A DNA stretch of 64,000 nt from Minisyncoccota bacterium. GTDB taxonomy: Bacteria > Patescibacteriota > Minisyncoccia > 2-02-FULL-40-12 > GWA2-44-9. The stretch's first letter is position 1. Every line of letters starts with the position of its first letter. This document shows, one piece after another, positions 56,379-64,000 of the stretch. Under the pieces are notes generated by a model, which was given only the letters and a program-made list of their open reading frames with translations, was not told where the DNA came from and did not search any database. Location of the stretch: NCBI GenBank assembly GCA_035620375.1, contig DASPGX010000028.1, positions 2,974-66,973 on the forward strand, in the 5' to 3' direction. Both the position numbers and the translations under genes were made by a program.

Positions 56379-57683
56379 ATGGGAAAGCGCAAACCGTTGC
56401 TGGTCACCCTGCCGGAAGGCATCACCGAAATCGTCCCTGATGACGAGAAGTATTGGCATGCGGTGTTCCGTAAGGTGAACGGCCTGTTGGCGGACTACAG
56501 CTTCATGCGCATCGACCTTGCGCCGCTGGAGCACGCCGACCTGTTCATCCGCGCCTGTGGGTCCGGCGACGAGGGCGTGGAAAAGCGCCTGGTCACGACG
56601 CGGACGAAGGACGGGGTGACACTGGCACAGCGCTATCAGATGGCGCCGTCGTTCATGCGCGCGTACCTCCAGCACGGCATGCACGCGCTCGCCCAGCCGG
56701 TGAAGATGTTCGCGACGTCGCAAATCGTCCGGCACGGCGCCGACGGCATGCAGTCGGCGCTCAAGCTCGGCATCCAGACCATCGGCGACGACAACGAGGC
56801 GGTGGAAGCGGAGCTCATCTTCCTCGGATGCCGCATCCTGGAGTCGCTCAACCTCGGGCCGTTCACGGTCCGGATGAACACCATCGGCGACTCGCAGTCC
56901 CGCGTCACCTATGCCCGTGCATTGCGGGAGTACTACCGGTCCCGCGGAAAGAAGCTGTGCGCCAAGTGCCGCTCGTTCCAGCGCGAAAGCATTCTGATGG
57001 CGCTGGAATGTACGCAGGAGGAGTGCCGCGACGTGAATAAGGACGCTCCGCAAATCCTTGACCATTTGAGCGAGGAGGCGCGGGCCCACTTCAAGCGCCT
57101 GCTGGAGTTTTTGGACGAGGGCAAGGTGCCGTACATCCTGGAACCGTACCTGGTGCGGCATGAGGACTATGCGGCGAAGACCGTGTTTGAATTCGTGCTG
57201 GACGGTGAGCCCGACGCGGAGGGCAAGCCCACCGACGGGAAGACCGTCATCAAGGGCGGGCGCTTTGACCGGCTCTCGGACCTCATCGGCGGTTCGCGCA
57301 ACCTGCCGGCAGCGGGATGGTCGTTGGACGTCCGCGCGCTGGTGGACCGGCTCATCGCCAGGAACGCCGCGGTTCCCGAGCTCGGCGGCCGGCCCAAGGT
57401 GTTCCTGTCCCAGCTTGGCGAGGCGGCCAAGCGCAAGTCGCTCATGCTCTTTGAGGAAATCCGCAAGTCGGGCATCGACGTGCGATACTCGTTGAGCCGC
57501 GACACCATCAAGGGCCAGCTCCGTATGGCGGCGAAGCTCGGCGTCCGGTACGCGCTCATCTTCGGGCAGAAGGAAGCGCTGGAAGGAACCGTCATCGTCC
57601 GCGAAGTGGAGACCGGTATTCAGGAAACCATTCCGCAGGAGAAAATCATCGACGCGCTCAAGAAGCGCCTGAAGTCCAAATGA
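56379..57683 (+). CDS. Histidine--tRNA ligase-like protein with degenerate catalytic motifs
   Basis: HisRS architecture with C-terminal anticodon-binding domain. LRPE is replaced by QRYQ, FRYERPQxGRxRQF by VRHGADGMQSAL, and RGLDYY by RHEDYA; GGRFD is retained. Confidence 0.8.
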   Translation: MGKRKPLLVTLPEGITEIVPDDEKYWHAVFRKVNGLLADYSFMRIDLAPLEHADLFIRACGSGDEGVEKRLVTTRTKDGVTLAQRYQMAPSFMRAYLQHGMHALAQPVKMFATSQIVRHGADGMQSALKLGIQTIGDDNEAVEAELIFLGCRILESLNLGPFTVRMNTIGDSQSRVTYARALREYYRSRGKKLCAKCRSFQRESILMALECTQEECRDVNKDAPQILDHLSEEARAHFKRLLEFLDEGKVPYILEPYLVRHEDYAAKTVFEFVLDGEPDAEGKPTDGKTVIKGGRFDRLSDLIGGSRNLPAAGWSLDVRALVDRLIARNAAVPELGGRPKVFLSQLGEAAKRKSLMLFEEIRKSGIDVRYSLSRDTIKGQLRMAAKLGVRYALIFGQKEALEGTVIVREVETGIQETIPQEKIIDALKKRLKSK

Positions 57684-58024
57684 TTGACGACGTGTTCTGC
57701 AAGATTCTGAACGGCGAAATGAAAGGAGAGTTCGTGTATCGTGATGACGAGGTGGCGGTGCTCAAAGATATCCGTCCCCAGGCTCCCGTTCACCTTCTGG
57801 TCATGCCGGTGAAGCACTATTCGGGAATCGGCGATTTCCTGGAACACGACGGTCCGGTGCTGGAGAAACTTCTGCGGGTGGCGGACCGGGTGGCGGGCGA
57901 ACAGGGACTGGAGAAAGGATACCGGCTCATCATCAACGAAGGCGATGACGGCGGAAAACTGGTTCCGCATCTGCACCTTCACCTTCTTGGCGGCAAGCGT
58001 CTGGGGGCGAAAATTGTCGGATAG
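57680..58024 (+). CDS. HIT-family nucleotide-binding protein
   Basis: FCKI, DIRPQAPVHLLVMP, HLHLHLLGG. Confidence 0.93.
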   Translation: MIDDVFCKILNGEMKGEFVYRDDEVAVLKDIRPQAPVHLLVMPVKHYSGIGDFLEHDGPVLEKLLRVADRVAGEQGLEKGYRLIINEGDDGGKLVPHLHLHLLGGKRLGAKIVG

Positions 58025-58119
58025 GATGAGAGTTTACAGCTTATAGTTCGGAAGGACGGCCTTTCTGGCTACAAGCTGCAAGCTATCAGCTTCAGCATTC
58101 ATAGAAGGGAGGTACCATC

Positions 58120-58386
58120 ATGGTAGAAGTCAAAAGAAAACCCAACGAATCCACCGGCAGTTTGCTCCGCCGGTTCTCCCGCTTCGTTCAGCAGAGCGGC
58201 GTTTTGCTGCGCGCCAAGAAGCAGAAGTTCCGCACCAAAAAGATGACGGAGCGCCAGGAGCGCAATGCGGCAATCATGGGCATGCACCTGCAGAAGCTCC
58301 GCGAGAATCTCCAGAAGCTCGGCAAGTACGACGAAGACACCTTCAACGAAGCAAAGCGCCGGATGAAGCAGGAAATAGAACTGTAA
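58120..58386 (+). CDS. rpsU: Ribosomal protein bS21-like
   Basis: VEVKRKPNES..SLLRRF...VQQSG.L, basic; upstream of yqeY as usual. Confidence 0.7.
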   Translation: MVEVKRKPNESTGSLLRRFSRFVQQSGVLLRAKKQKFRTKKMTERQERNAAIMGMHLQKLRENLQKLGKYDEDTFNEAKRRMKQEIEL

Positions 58387-58387
58387 T

Positions 58388-58882
58388 ATGCTCAAAGACA
58401 CGCTCAAGGACGACATGAAGGCGGCGATGAAGTCGGGCGACGCAAGGGCGAAGTCAACCATCGCCATGTTGCTGTCCGCGGTGAAGAACCGCGAGCTGGA
58501 CAAGCGCTCCAAGCTCGCCAAGGCGGGGACGCCCGACGCGGAACTGGACGCCTCCAGCGCGCTGACGGACGAAGAGGTCGTGGAGGTCATCGGCAGCGAA
58601 ATCAAAAAGCGCAAGGAATCCATCGCGACGTTCGAACAGGCCGGCCGCGCTGAACTCGCTGAAGGCGAAAAGGCGGAGATGGAGGTCCTGGTCAAATATC
58701 TGCCCGAACAGATGGGAGAGGACGAAGTCCGCAAGCTCGTCACCGAGGCCGTCGCCGAAACGGGCGCCGCTACGCCAAAGGATATGGGCAAGGTCATGGC
58801 GAAAGTAAGCCCGAAGACGAAAGGACGTTTTGACGGTTCCCGCCTCGCCGAACTCGTAAAAGAATCGCTAATGGCAAAGTAA
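58388..58882 (+). CDS. GatB/YqeY domain protein
   Basis: L..DMKAAMK, EIKKRKESI..F..AGR..LA..E..E...L..YLP.Q, DMGKVM. Confidence 0.93.
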   Translation: MLKDTLKDDMKAAMKSGDARAKSTIAMLLSAVKNRELDKRSKLAKAGTPDAELDASSALTDEEVVEVIGSEIKKRKESIATFEQAGRAELAEGEKAEMEVLVKYLPEQMGEDEVRKLVTEAVAETGAATPKDMGKVMAKVSPKTKGRFDGSRLAELVKESLMAK

Positions 58883-58946
58883 GAATGGCAAATGGCGAAC
58901 GGTATTTCGGACTTCGCCATTCGGAACTCTTACTTCTTACTTTCGC

Positions 58947-59405
58947 TTGAGCGAGTTTGACCTCGTATTCCGCGACCTGACCCGGAAGCGGGACCCGGTT
59001 CTGCGCCGGGCTCTTGTGGTACGCGCATTGCGCGCGGCCTCGGGCGCGCTCCGTGTGCCACGCGGCATCACGGCGGAGATTGCCGTCACGGTTGTCGGGC
59101 CGCGGCGGATGCGTTCGCTGAACCGGAAATGGCGGAAGGTGGACAATCCGACCGATGTATTGGCTTTTCCACTTCATCCGCGCACGCCGAAAGGCTATAC
59201 TTCGGTATCATTGGGGGATATCTTCATCTGTCCCGATGTGGTGCGGCTCAAAGCCCGTCAGGCGGGAAATCCGTACTCCGGGCAGGCGAAGTGGTCGCTG
59301 GTGCACGGCATTCTGCATCTGGCCGGTTATGACCACGAGAAAAGCACGGCCGCGGCAAAGCGGATGGAGGCGCAGGAGCGGAAGATTTTAAGAAGCCTAA
59401 AGTAG
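58947..59405 (+). CDS. ybeY: rRNA maturation endoribonuclease YbeY
   Basis: LNRKWR..D.PTDVLAF, LGDIFIC, HGILHLAGYDH. Confidence 0.92.
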   Translation: MSEFDLVFRDLTRKRDPVLRRALVVRALRAASGALRVPRGITAEIAVTVVGPRRMRSLNRKWRKVDNPTDVLAFPLHPRTPKGYTSVSLGDIFICPDVVRLKARQAGNPYSGQAKWSLVHGILHLAGYDHEKSTAAAKRMEAQERKILRSLK

Positions 59406-59415
59406 GATGCGAACT

Positions 59416-59513
59416 GTTTGCCCAAGTCCAAGGCGTGAGCGAGCATCGGAGCGAGTCGTACCTGGAGGTACGGCGAGCGAGAAGCACAGCGGCAACGCAG
59501 GAATTGGGCAAAC
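59416..59513. repeat. Dispersed ~100 bp structured repeat, copy B (opposite orientation to copy A)
   Basis: Terminal GTTTGCCCAA/TTGGGCAAAC; the reverse complement aligns to 7614-7710. Confidence 0.7.
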
Positions 59514-59573
59514 CTGAAAGGCGCGATGCCGTCCGGATTTGAGGGACGGCTGCGCAGGCGCATTCCGGGAACC

Positions 59574-60815
59574 ATGGCACAACATCACATCATCTGCGGC
59601 ATAGATATCGGCAATACTCAGACGAAAGTCGTCGTCGCCAAGCCGTCCCAGGACGGTTCGCGTCCGCAGATTATCGGCGTCGGTACGGCATCTTCCACGA
59701 GCGCCGTCCGGAACAGCGTTATCGTGGACATGCAGGAGGCGACGAATAATCTTCGTCTCGCCATTCACCAAGCCGAGCAGATGGCCAGCGTTCCGGTCCA
59801 GCGCGCGTATCTTGCCGTCAGCGGCGACCACATCCGTTCGCAGATTTCCCGCGGAGTCGTCGCCGTTTCCCGCGCGGACCAGGAGATTTCGCAGAGCGAT
59901 GTTGACCGCGTCATCCAGGCGGCATCGGCGCTGAACCTGCCGCCGAACCGCCGCGTCATTCACACCATCCCGCGCGAATTCATCGTGGATGAGCGCGATT
60001 CCGTGCGCGACCCCGTCGGCATGAAGGGCGTCAGGCTCGAAGTGGACGTGCACATCGTGGACGGATTTGACCCGCACCTGCAGAAGCATCAGCGCTGCGT
60101 GCAGGAGCAGGGCATCCAGGTCGCGGAAATGGTCTATGCGCCGCTGGCCGCCTCGCTGACCGCCCTGGACCGACACCAGAAGGAATTCGGCGTCGTGCAT
60201 CTGGATTTCGGCGGCGCGACGGCGTCGCTGTCGGTATTCCATGAGGGCGAGCTCATCCATACGGCGGTGCTTCCCATCGGGTCCCGGCATATCACGAACG
60301 ACCTGGCGGTGCTGTTGCGCACCTCGCCCGACAACGCGGAGCGGGTGAAGCTGGAACTGGGAACGACAGGAGAGGCCGACGACCGCAGGCGCCGCGACCA
60401 GCTGGATTTGTCCCAGTACGTCGGCGAGGACCTGCAGGTTCCGCGCCGGACATTCGTCGGCGCCATTGACGCGCGCATGGACGAGCTCATGGAGAAGGTC
60501 CGCGACGAACTCAAGAAATCGGGGATGTCAGGACAGCTGCCGTCAGGCGTCGTCGTCTCCGGCGGCGGTTCGTTGCTTCCGGGATTCGCGCTCCGCGTCC
60601 GGGACGAGGCGCGCCTTGCGGTCCGCGCGGTCCGTCCGATGAACGTGGATGCGGCCGTCGATGCGGTATTGGACCCTGCATACACGGTTGCGCTGGGCCT
60701 TGTCGTCTGGGGATTCGGCCGCGAAGAGGACCGTATCGGCCGTCAGGGGCCAAAGATGGCCGCGCCGGAGTGGATGAAGAAGTCGTTCTCCTGGCTCAAA
60801 AACTTCGCGCCGTAG
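59574..60815 (+). CDS. ftsA: Cell division protein FtsA
   Basis: GIDIG.T..K, PVGMKGVRLE, LDFGGAT, IG..HITNDLA, AERVK, SGGGS.L.G. Confidence 0.95.
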   Translation: MAQHHIICGIDIGNTQTKVVVAKPSQDGSRPQIIGVGTASSTSAVRNSVIVDMQEATNNLRLAIHQAEQMASVPVQRAYLAVSGDHIRSQISRGVVAVSRADQEISQSDVDRVIQAASALNLPPNRRVIHTIPREFIVDERDSVRDPVGMKGVRLEVDVHIVDGFDPHLQKHQRCVQEQGIQVAEMVYAPLAASLTALDRHQKEFGVVHLDFGGATASLSVFHEGELIHTAVLPIGSRHITNDLAVLLRTSPDNAERVKLELGTTGEADDRRRRDQLDLSQYVGEDLQVPRRTFVGAIDARMDELMEKVRDELKKSGMSGQLPSGVVVSGGGSLLPGFALRVRDEARLAVRAVRPMNVDAAVDAVLDPAYTVALGLVVWGFGREEDRIGRQGPKMAAPEWMKKSFSWLKNFAP

Positions 60816-60817
60816 AG

Positions 60818-60826
60818 TTATCCACA
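60818..60826 (+). promoter_or_regulatory. Consensus DnaA box between ftsA and ftsZ
   Basis: TTATCCACA, followed by a degenerate TTGTACACA. Confidence 0.5.
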
Positions 60827-60894
60827 TCCTTGTACACAGTCTGTTATGCGCGGTTTGCGCGCGTTTTTTTATTGTGATAGACCGCAGGTGAACC

Positions 60895-62064
60895 ATGACG
60901 CAGATAAGGCCTCAATTCGAGACATTCGCGCGCATTAAGGTGTGCGGCGTCGGCGGGTCGGGAAATAACGCGCTGATGCGGATGATTGAATCGCGCATTC
61001 AGGGCGTTGAATTCATCGCCATTAATACCGACGCGCAGGCCCTGCACAACAACCCGGCCTCGGTGAAAGTGCACGTCGGCCGGTCGCTTACGCGCGGACT
61101 GGGCGCGGGCATGAACGCGGAAATCGGCCGCCAGGCGGCGATTGATACGAAGGAAGACATCCAGGCAGCGCTCAAGGGCGCGGACATGGTGTTCATCGCG
61201 TGCGGCCTGGGAGGCGGCACGGGCACCGGCGCCTCGCCCGTGGTCGCGGACATCGCGCGCGAGCTCGGCGCGTTGGTCGTCGCGGTGGTGACGAAACCGT
61301 TCCTCTTTGAGGGCGCCCAGCGCATGCGGGTCGCCGAAGAGGGCCTGAACATCCTCAAGGACAAGGTGGATTCGCTCATCACTATTCCGAATGACCGCAT
61401 CCTCTCCATCATCGACCGGAACACGCCCATGACGCAGGCATTCCAAATCGTGGACGACGTGCTCCGGCAGGGCGTCCAGGGCATCTCGGACCTCATCACG
61501 GACCATTCGCTCATCAACCTGGACTTCGCGGACGTCAAAGCCGTCATGCTCAATTCGGGCCCGGCGCTCATGGGCATCGGCCTGGCGACAGGAGACGACC
61601 GCGCCATTGAGGCGGCAAAGCAGGCGATTTCCTCCCCGCTGGTTGAGGTATCCATAGAAGGTGCCAAAGGAGTCCTGCTGAACGTTTCCGGCGGTGCCGA
61701 CCTGACCATGTCCGAAGTCAACGACGCGGCGCGGGTCATCACCGAGCACGTGGACCGCGACGCGAAAATCATCTTCGGTGCCGGCATCACGGAGAAGCTT
61801 AAGAAGGGCGAGGTGAAGGTCACCGTGGTCGCAACCGGATTTTCGGGCGATTATCAGCCCTCCGCGCGGACGGTGGTTGCCGGCGGCTCCTCCCCGGCGC
61901 CCGACACGGACTATCTGCGTGCCGAACGGCCGTCGTTCCAGCCGGCCGCGGCTCCTCAGCGTCCCAACGGAGGCGAGCAGCCCCGTAGGCAGATAGTGGA
62001 CGAGAAGGCGACGGATGAATTCGACATCGATATTCCGGCGTTCATCAGGCGAAAAATGAGGTAG
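60895..62064 (+). CDS. ftsZ: Cell division protein FtsZ
   Basis: GVGGSGNN, NTDAQAL, GGGTGTG, INLDFADV, C-terminal DIPAFIRRK. Confidence 0.98.
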   Translation: MTQIRPQFETFARIKVCGVGGSGNNALMRMIESRIQGVEFIAINTDAQALHNNPASVKVHVGRSLTRGLGAGMNAEIGRQAAIDTKEDIQAALKGADMVFIACGLGGGTGTGASPVVADIARELGALVVAVVTKPFLFEGAQRMRVAEEGLNILKDKVDSLITIPNDRILSIIDRNTPMTQAFQIVDDVLRQGVQGISDLITDHSLINLDFADVKAVMLNSGPALMGIGLATGDDRAIEAAKQAISSPLVEVSIEGAKGVLLNVSGGADLTMSEVNDAARVITEHVDRDAKIIFGAGITEKLKKGEVKVTVVATGFSGDYQPSARTVVAGGSSPAPDTDYLRAERPSFQPAAAPQRPNGGEQPRRQIVDEKATDEFDIDIPAFIRRKMR

Positions 62065-62251
62065 AACTCCGCGGAGATATCCTTGTGCGGGCACGAATCA
62101 ACAAGCCCCCGTCGGGGCTTTGTTGTTCTCCTTCTCGCTTCCGGCATTGCTATGTCTCGGCTGCGAAAGTCCCTTACAAGGACATCCCCGCGCCGTTCAA
62201 TCGGCGTCGGGGAGGGTGAGGTGTACTGAATGTAGCCCGCCAAGGCGGGCC

Positions 62252-62282
62252 TTTTGACGGCTCATCTGATGAGCCGTTAAAA
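62252..62282. repeat. Palindromic element copy 4
   Basis: TTTTGACGGCTCAT-CTG-ATGAGCCGTTAAAA (one G-T pair), adjacent to GCCCGCC-AA-GGCGGGC. Confidence 0.85.
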
Positions 62283-62345
62283 AATAAGAAACAAAAATGC
62301 GTTCGTGCCGGTTGGGGGTCGGCACGAACGCGTTGGGAGAGCTGT

Positions 62346-62636
62346 TCAGAACGCTCCGGTCATGCGGGCGAGGGTCAGGGCGGCGACGAGCGAAACGCCC
62401 GTGCCGGTGATGACCGCGTATCCGAGCAGGCCGGCGTCCGGCCGGTTTGCCCGCTTCGCCATGACTGCGATGACCAGCGCCAGAGGACCGCTCGGGAGTC
62501 CGAAAGCGACCAGGAAGGCGCTATCGGAGATGAGTCCGACGGCGCAGAGGAGTACGCACAGGATGCGTACTATCACAACCTGCGTGAACAGGCTGCCCGG
62601 CTTTCCGTCGGTGCCCGACGTCGTCTGCTCGCTCAC
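62346..62636 (-). CDS. Small 3-TM hypothetical protein
   Basis: Hydrophobic ORF in a compact minus-strand trio. Confidence 0.55.
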   Translation of the reverse strand: MSEQTTSGTDGKPGSLFTQVVIVRILCVLLCAVGLISDSAFLVAFGLPSGPLALVIAVMAKRANRPDAGLLGYAVITGTGVSLVAALTLARMTGAF

Positions 62637-62649
62637 GTTCGCGTGCCGT

Positions 62650-62985
62650 TCAGTGAACGTATGCCCGCGGGGTCTGCGGTGCGGGCACGTCGATTTCCTG
62701 CACGACCAGCGACACCGTTCCGGTCATCCCGTACGCCGCGAGGGCTTCACGGACCAGGGCGGTGATGTTCTTGTACGTGTCCGAGTTCAGCTGACGGGGG
62801 GCGCTCGCTTCCACGATGACGCCGTACCCCAGCACGGCGCTCCGGTGGGCGATGGCCTGCAGGGGAAGGCCGTTCACGGGGATGACCTGACCGCGGTCCA
62901 TGGAGTCCCTGACGACCGGACCGATGCCCTCGGTCTCGGTCTTCAGACTGTCGGCCTCGATGCCGATCCACAACGACTTGCTCAT
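62650..62985 (-). CDS. Hypothetical protein
   Basis: GGAGG RBS upstream of the ATG; 111 aa. Confidence 0.6.
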   Translation of the reverse strand: MSKSLWIGIEADSLKTETEGIGPVVRDSMDRGQVIPVNGLPLQAIAHRSAVLGYGVIVEASAPRQLNSDTYKNITALVREALAAYGMTGTVSLVVQEIDVPAPQTPRAYVH

Positions 62986-62995
62986 GCGGCCTCCT

Positions 62996-63256
62996 TCAGA
63001 AGTTCCCGGCTGCCCAGCCGCTCAAGACCCAGATGGCGGCGATGGTTGCCAGGATGGTTATGGCGAGCACCGCCCCTGACGGGACGCGCTCACAAATGGT
63101 GTCCAGGACCGTCTCCGCGCGGTCGCTCCACGTGGGCGCGGGCATCGGCCGGGCCTTCCCGTGCCAGGGGAAGTTCCCCGTGAGCACTTTCGCGCGGCCC
63201 TCGGTGGGCGATCGTCGCCAGTCGCGGTGCAGGGGAGTGAAGGTTCCGTACTCCAT
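62996..63256 (-). CDS. Small single-TM hypothetical protein
   Basis: C-terminal hydrophobic helix; AT-rich promoter-like region upstream. Confidence 0.5.
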   Translation of the reverse strand: MEYGTFTPLHRDWRRSPTEGRAKVLTGNFPWHGKARPMPAPTWSDRAETVLDTICERVPSGAVLAITILATIAAIWVLSGWAAGNF

Positions 63257-63480
63257 GTCCGCTTAGCCTTTCTTTTCAACGATGTACTATTATACAACAC
63301 ATCCACCGAATCATCAAGGTCCCGGTTTTCGCCTATCCTCTCGCTTTTCGTACGCTTCGTTATCAACATTGCGGACCACCGGAACCGGGGCGTATAATGA
63401 AGTCCCTCAAAGGGGTATATTACCCGGAACAACTCTTTGACGACCACGCAAGGGCGTGGTCGCAACATCCTCACCGGATG

Positions 63481-64000
63481 ATGACGAAGGGTGCTTCCGG
63501 AATCGCCATGGACGAAGCGTTGGCGTCCCGGGCGACGCAGAACCCGCCCGACACGCAGGGCGAGGTGAACGGCAGATCCGCCGGCCGGCACACGGACCGG
63601 CAGGCAAGAGGTCTGCCGTGGGAGCGTCGCTTCGGTGATCCGGTAAAGCATCCGTATGACGAGGTAACGTGGGAGCTCCGCGATGCGCGCATCACGCGCG
63701 CGGACGGGACGGTGGTGTTTGAGCAGAAAGGCATAGAAGTTCCGGCGTTCTGGAGCCAGACCGCGACCGATATCGTCGCGTCCAAATATTTCCGCGGCCG
63801 CCTGGATTCCCCCGAGCGTGAACGCTCGGTGAAGCAGATGCTGGACCGCGTCGCAAAGACGCTCGGGTTCTGGGGGCTCAAGGGCGGGTATTTCGCCTCC
63901 GCGGATGACGCCGAGCGGTACGTGCAGGATTTGACCTGGCTGCTCCTGAACCAGTACGCGTCGTTCAACAGCCCGGTATGGTTCAACGTCGGCATGTACG
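63481..64000 (+). CDS. nrdJ: Class II (adenosylcobalamin-dependent) ribonucleotide reductase, 5' part (runs off window)
   Basis: Translated by hand: HPYDEVTWELRDARI..DG.VVFEQKGIEVPAFWSQTATDIVASKYFRG...ERSVKQMLDRV...NQYASFNSPVWFNVG. Start is uncertain (63397/63478/63481/63508). Confidence 0.88.
   Translation, partial: MTKGASGIAMDEALASRATQNPPDTQGEVNGRSAGRHTDRQARGLPWERRFGDPVKHPYDEVTWELRDARITRADGTVVFEQKGIEVPAFWSQTATDIVASKYFRGRLDSPERERSVKQMLDRVAKTLGFWGLKGGYFASADDAERYVQDLTWLLLNQYASFNSPVWFNVGMY

Noticed and set aside
55713-62094. Long minus-strand ORFs opposite lepB/hisS-like/ftsA/ftsZ
   Set aside because: Antisense shadows of conserved genes.

Overview
High-GC chromosomal window from a Patescibacteria/CPR bacterium, most likely Parcubacteria (OD1). 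This rests on the 16S signature and primer-site substitutions, an unlinked 16S gene, the lepB-hisS-like-HIT-rpsU-yqeY-ybeY-ftsA-ftsZ gene order, and a giant fibre-like surface protein. Housekeeping genes include leuS, khpA, trmD, rnhB, gap, a split transketolase, rmuC, hppA, pth, an M1 aminopeptidase, ftsA, ftsZ and the 5' part of nrdJ. There is also a stand-alone 16S rRNA, a divergent tRNA-Ile/tRNA-Ala pair and a copper/disulfide cluster. The most striking region is a co-oriented minus-strand block (~23.5-40.1 kb). It runs aromatic amino acid ammonia-lyase, PaaK-like adenylating ligase, Rv1355c-type ThiF enzyme, nitroreductase-fold enzyme, 7TM histidine kinase, response regulator, receiver-fused PilB ATPase, PilC and pilins. 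I read it as a candidate small-molecule signal synthase plus receptor controlling type IV pili (inference). Other notable items are a dispersed palindromic element (ACGGCTCAY-NNN-RTGAGCCGT, 4 loci), a second dispersed ~100-bp structured repeat, tandem presenilin/SPP-like proteases, pseudo-enzyme versions of HisRS and UDG, and many apparently leaderless genes. I saw no CRISPR array, integrase or transposase. All calls come from motif recognition by eye; no searches were run.
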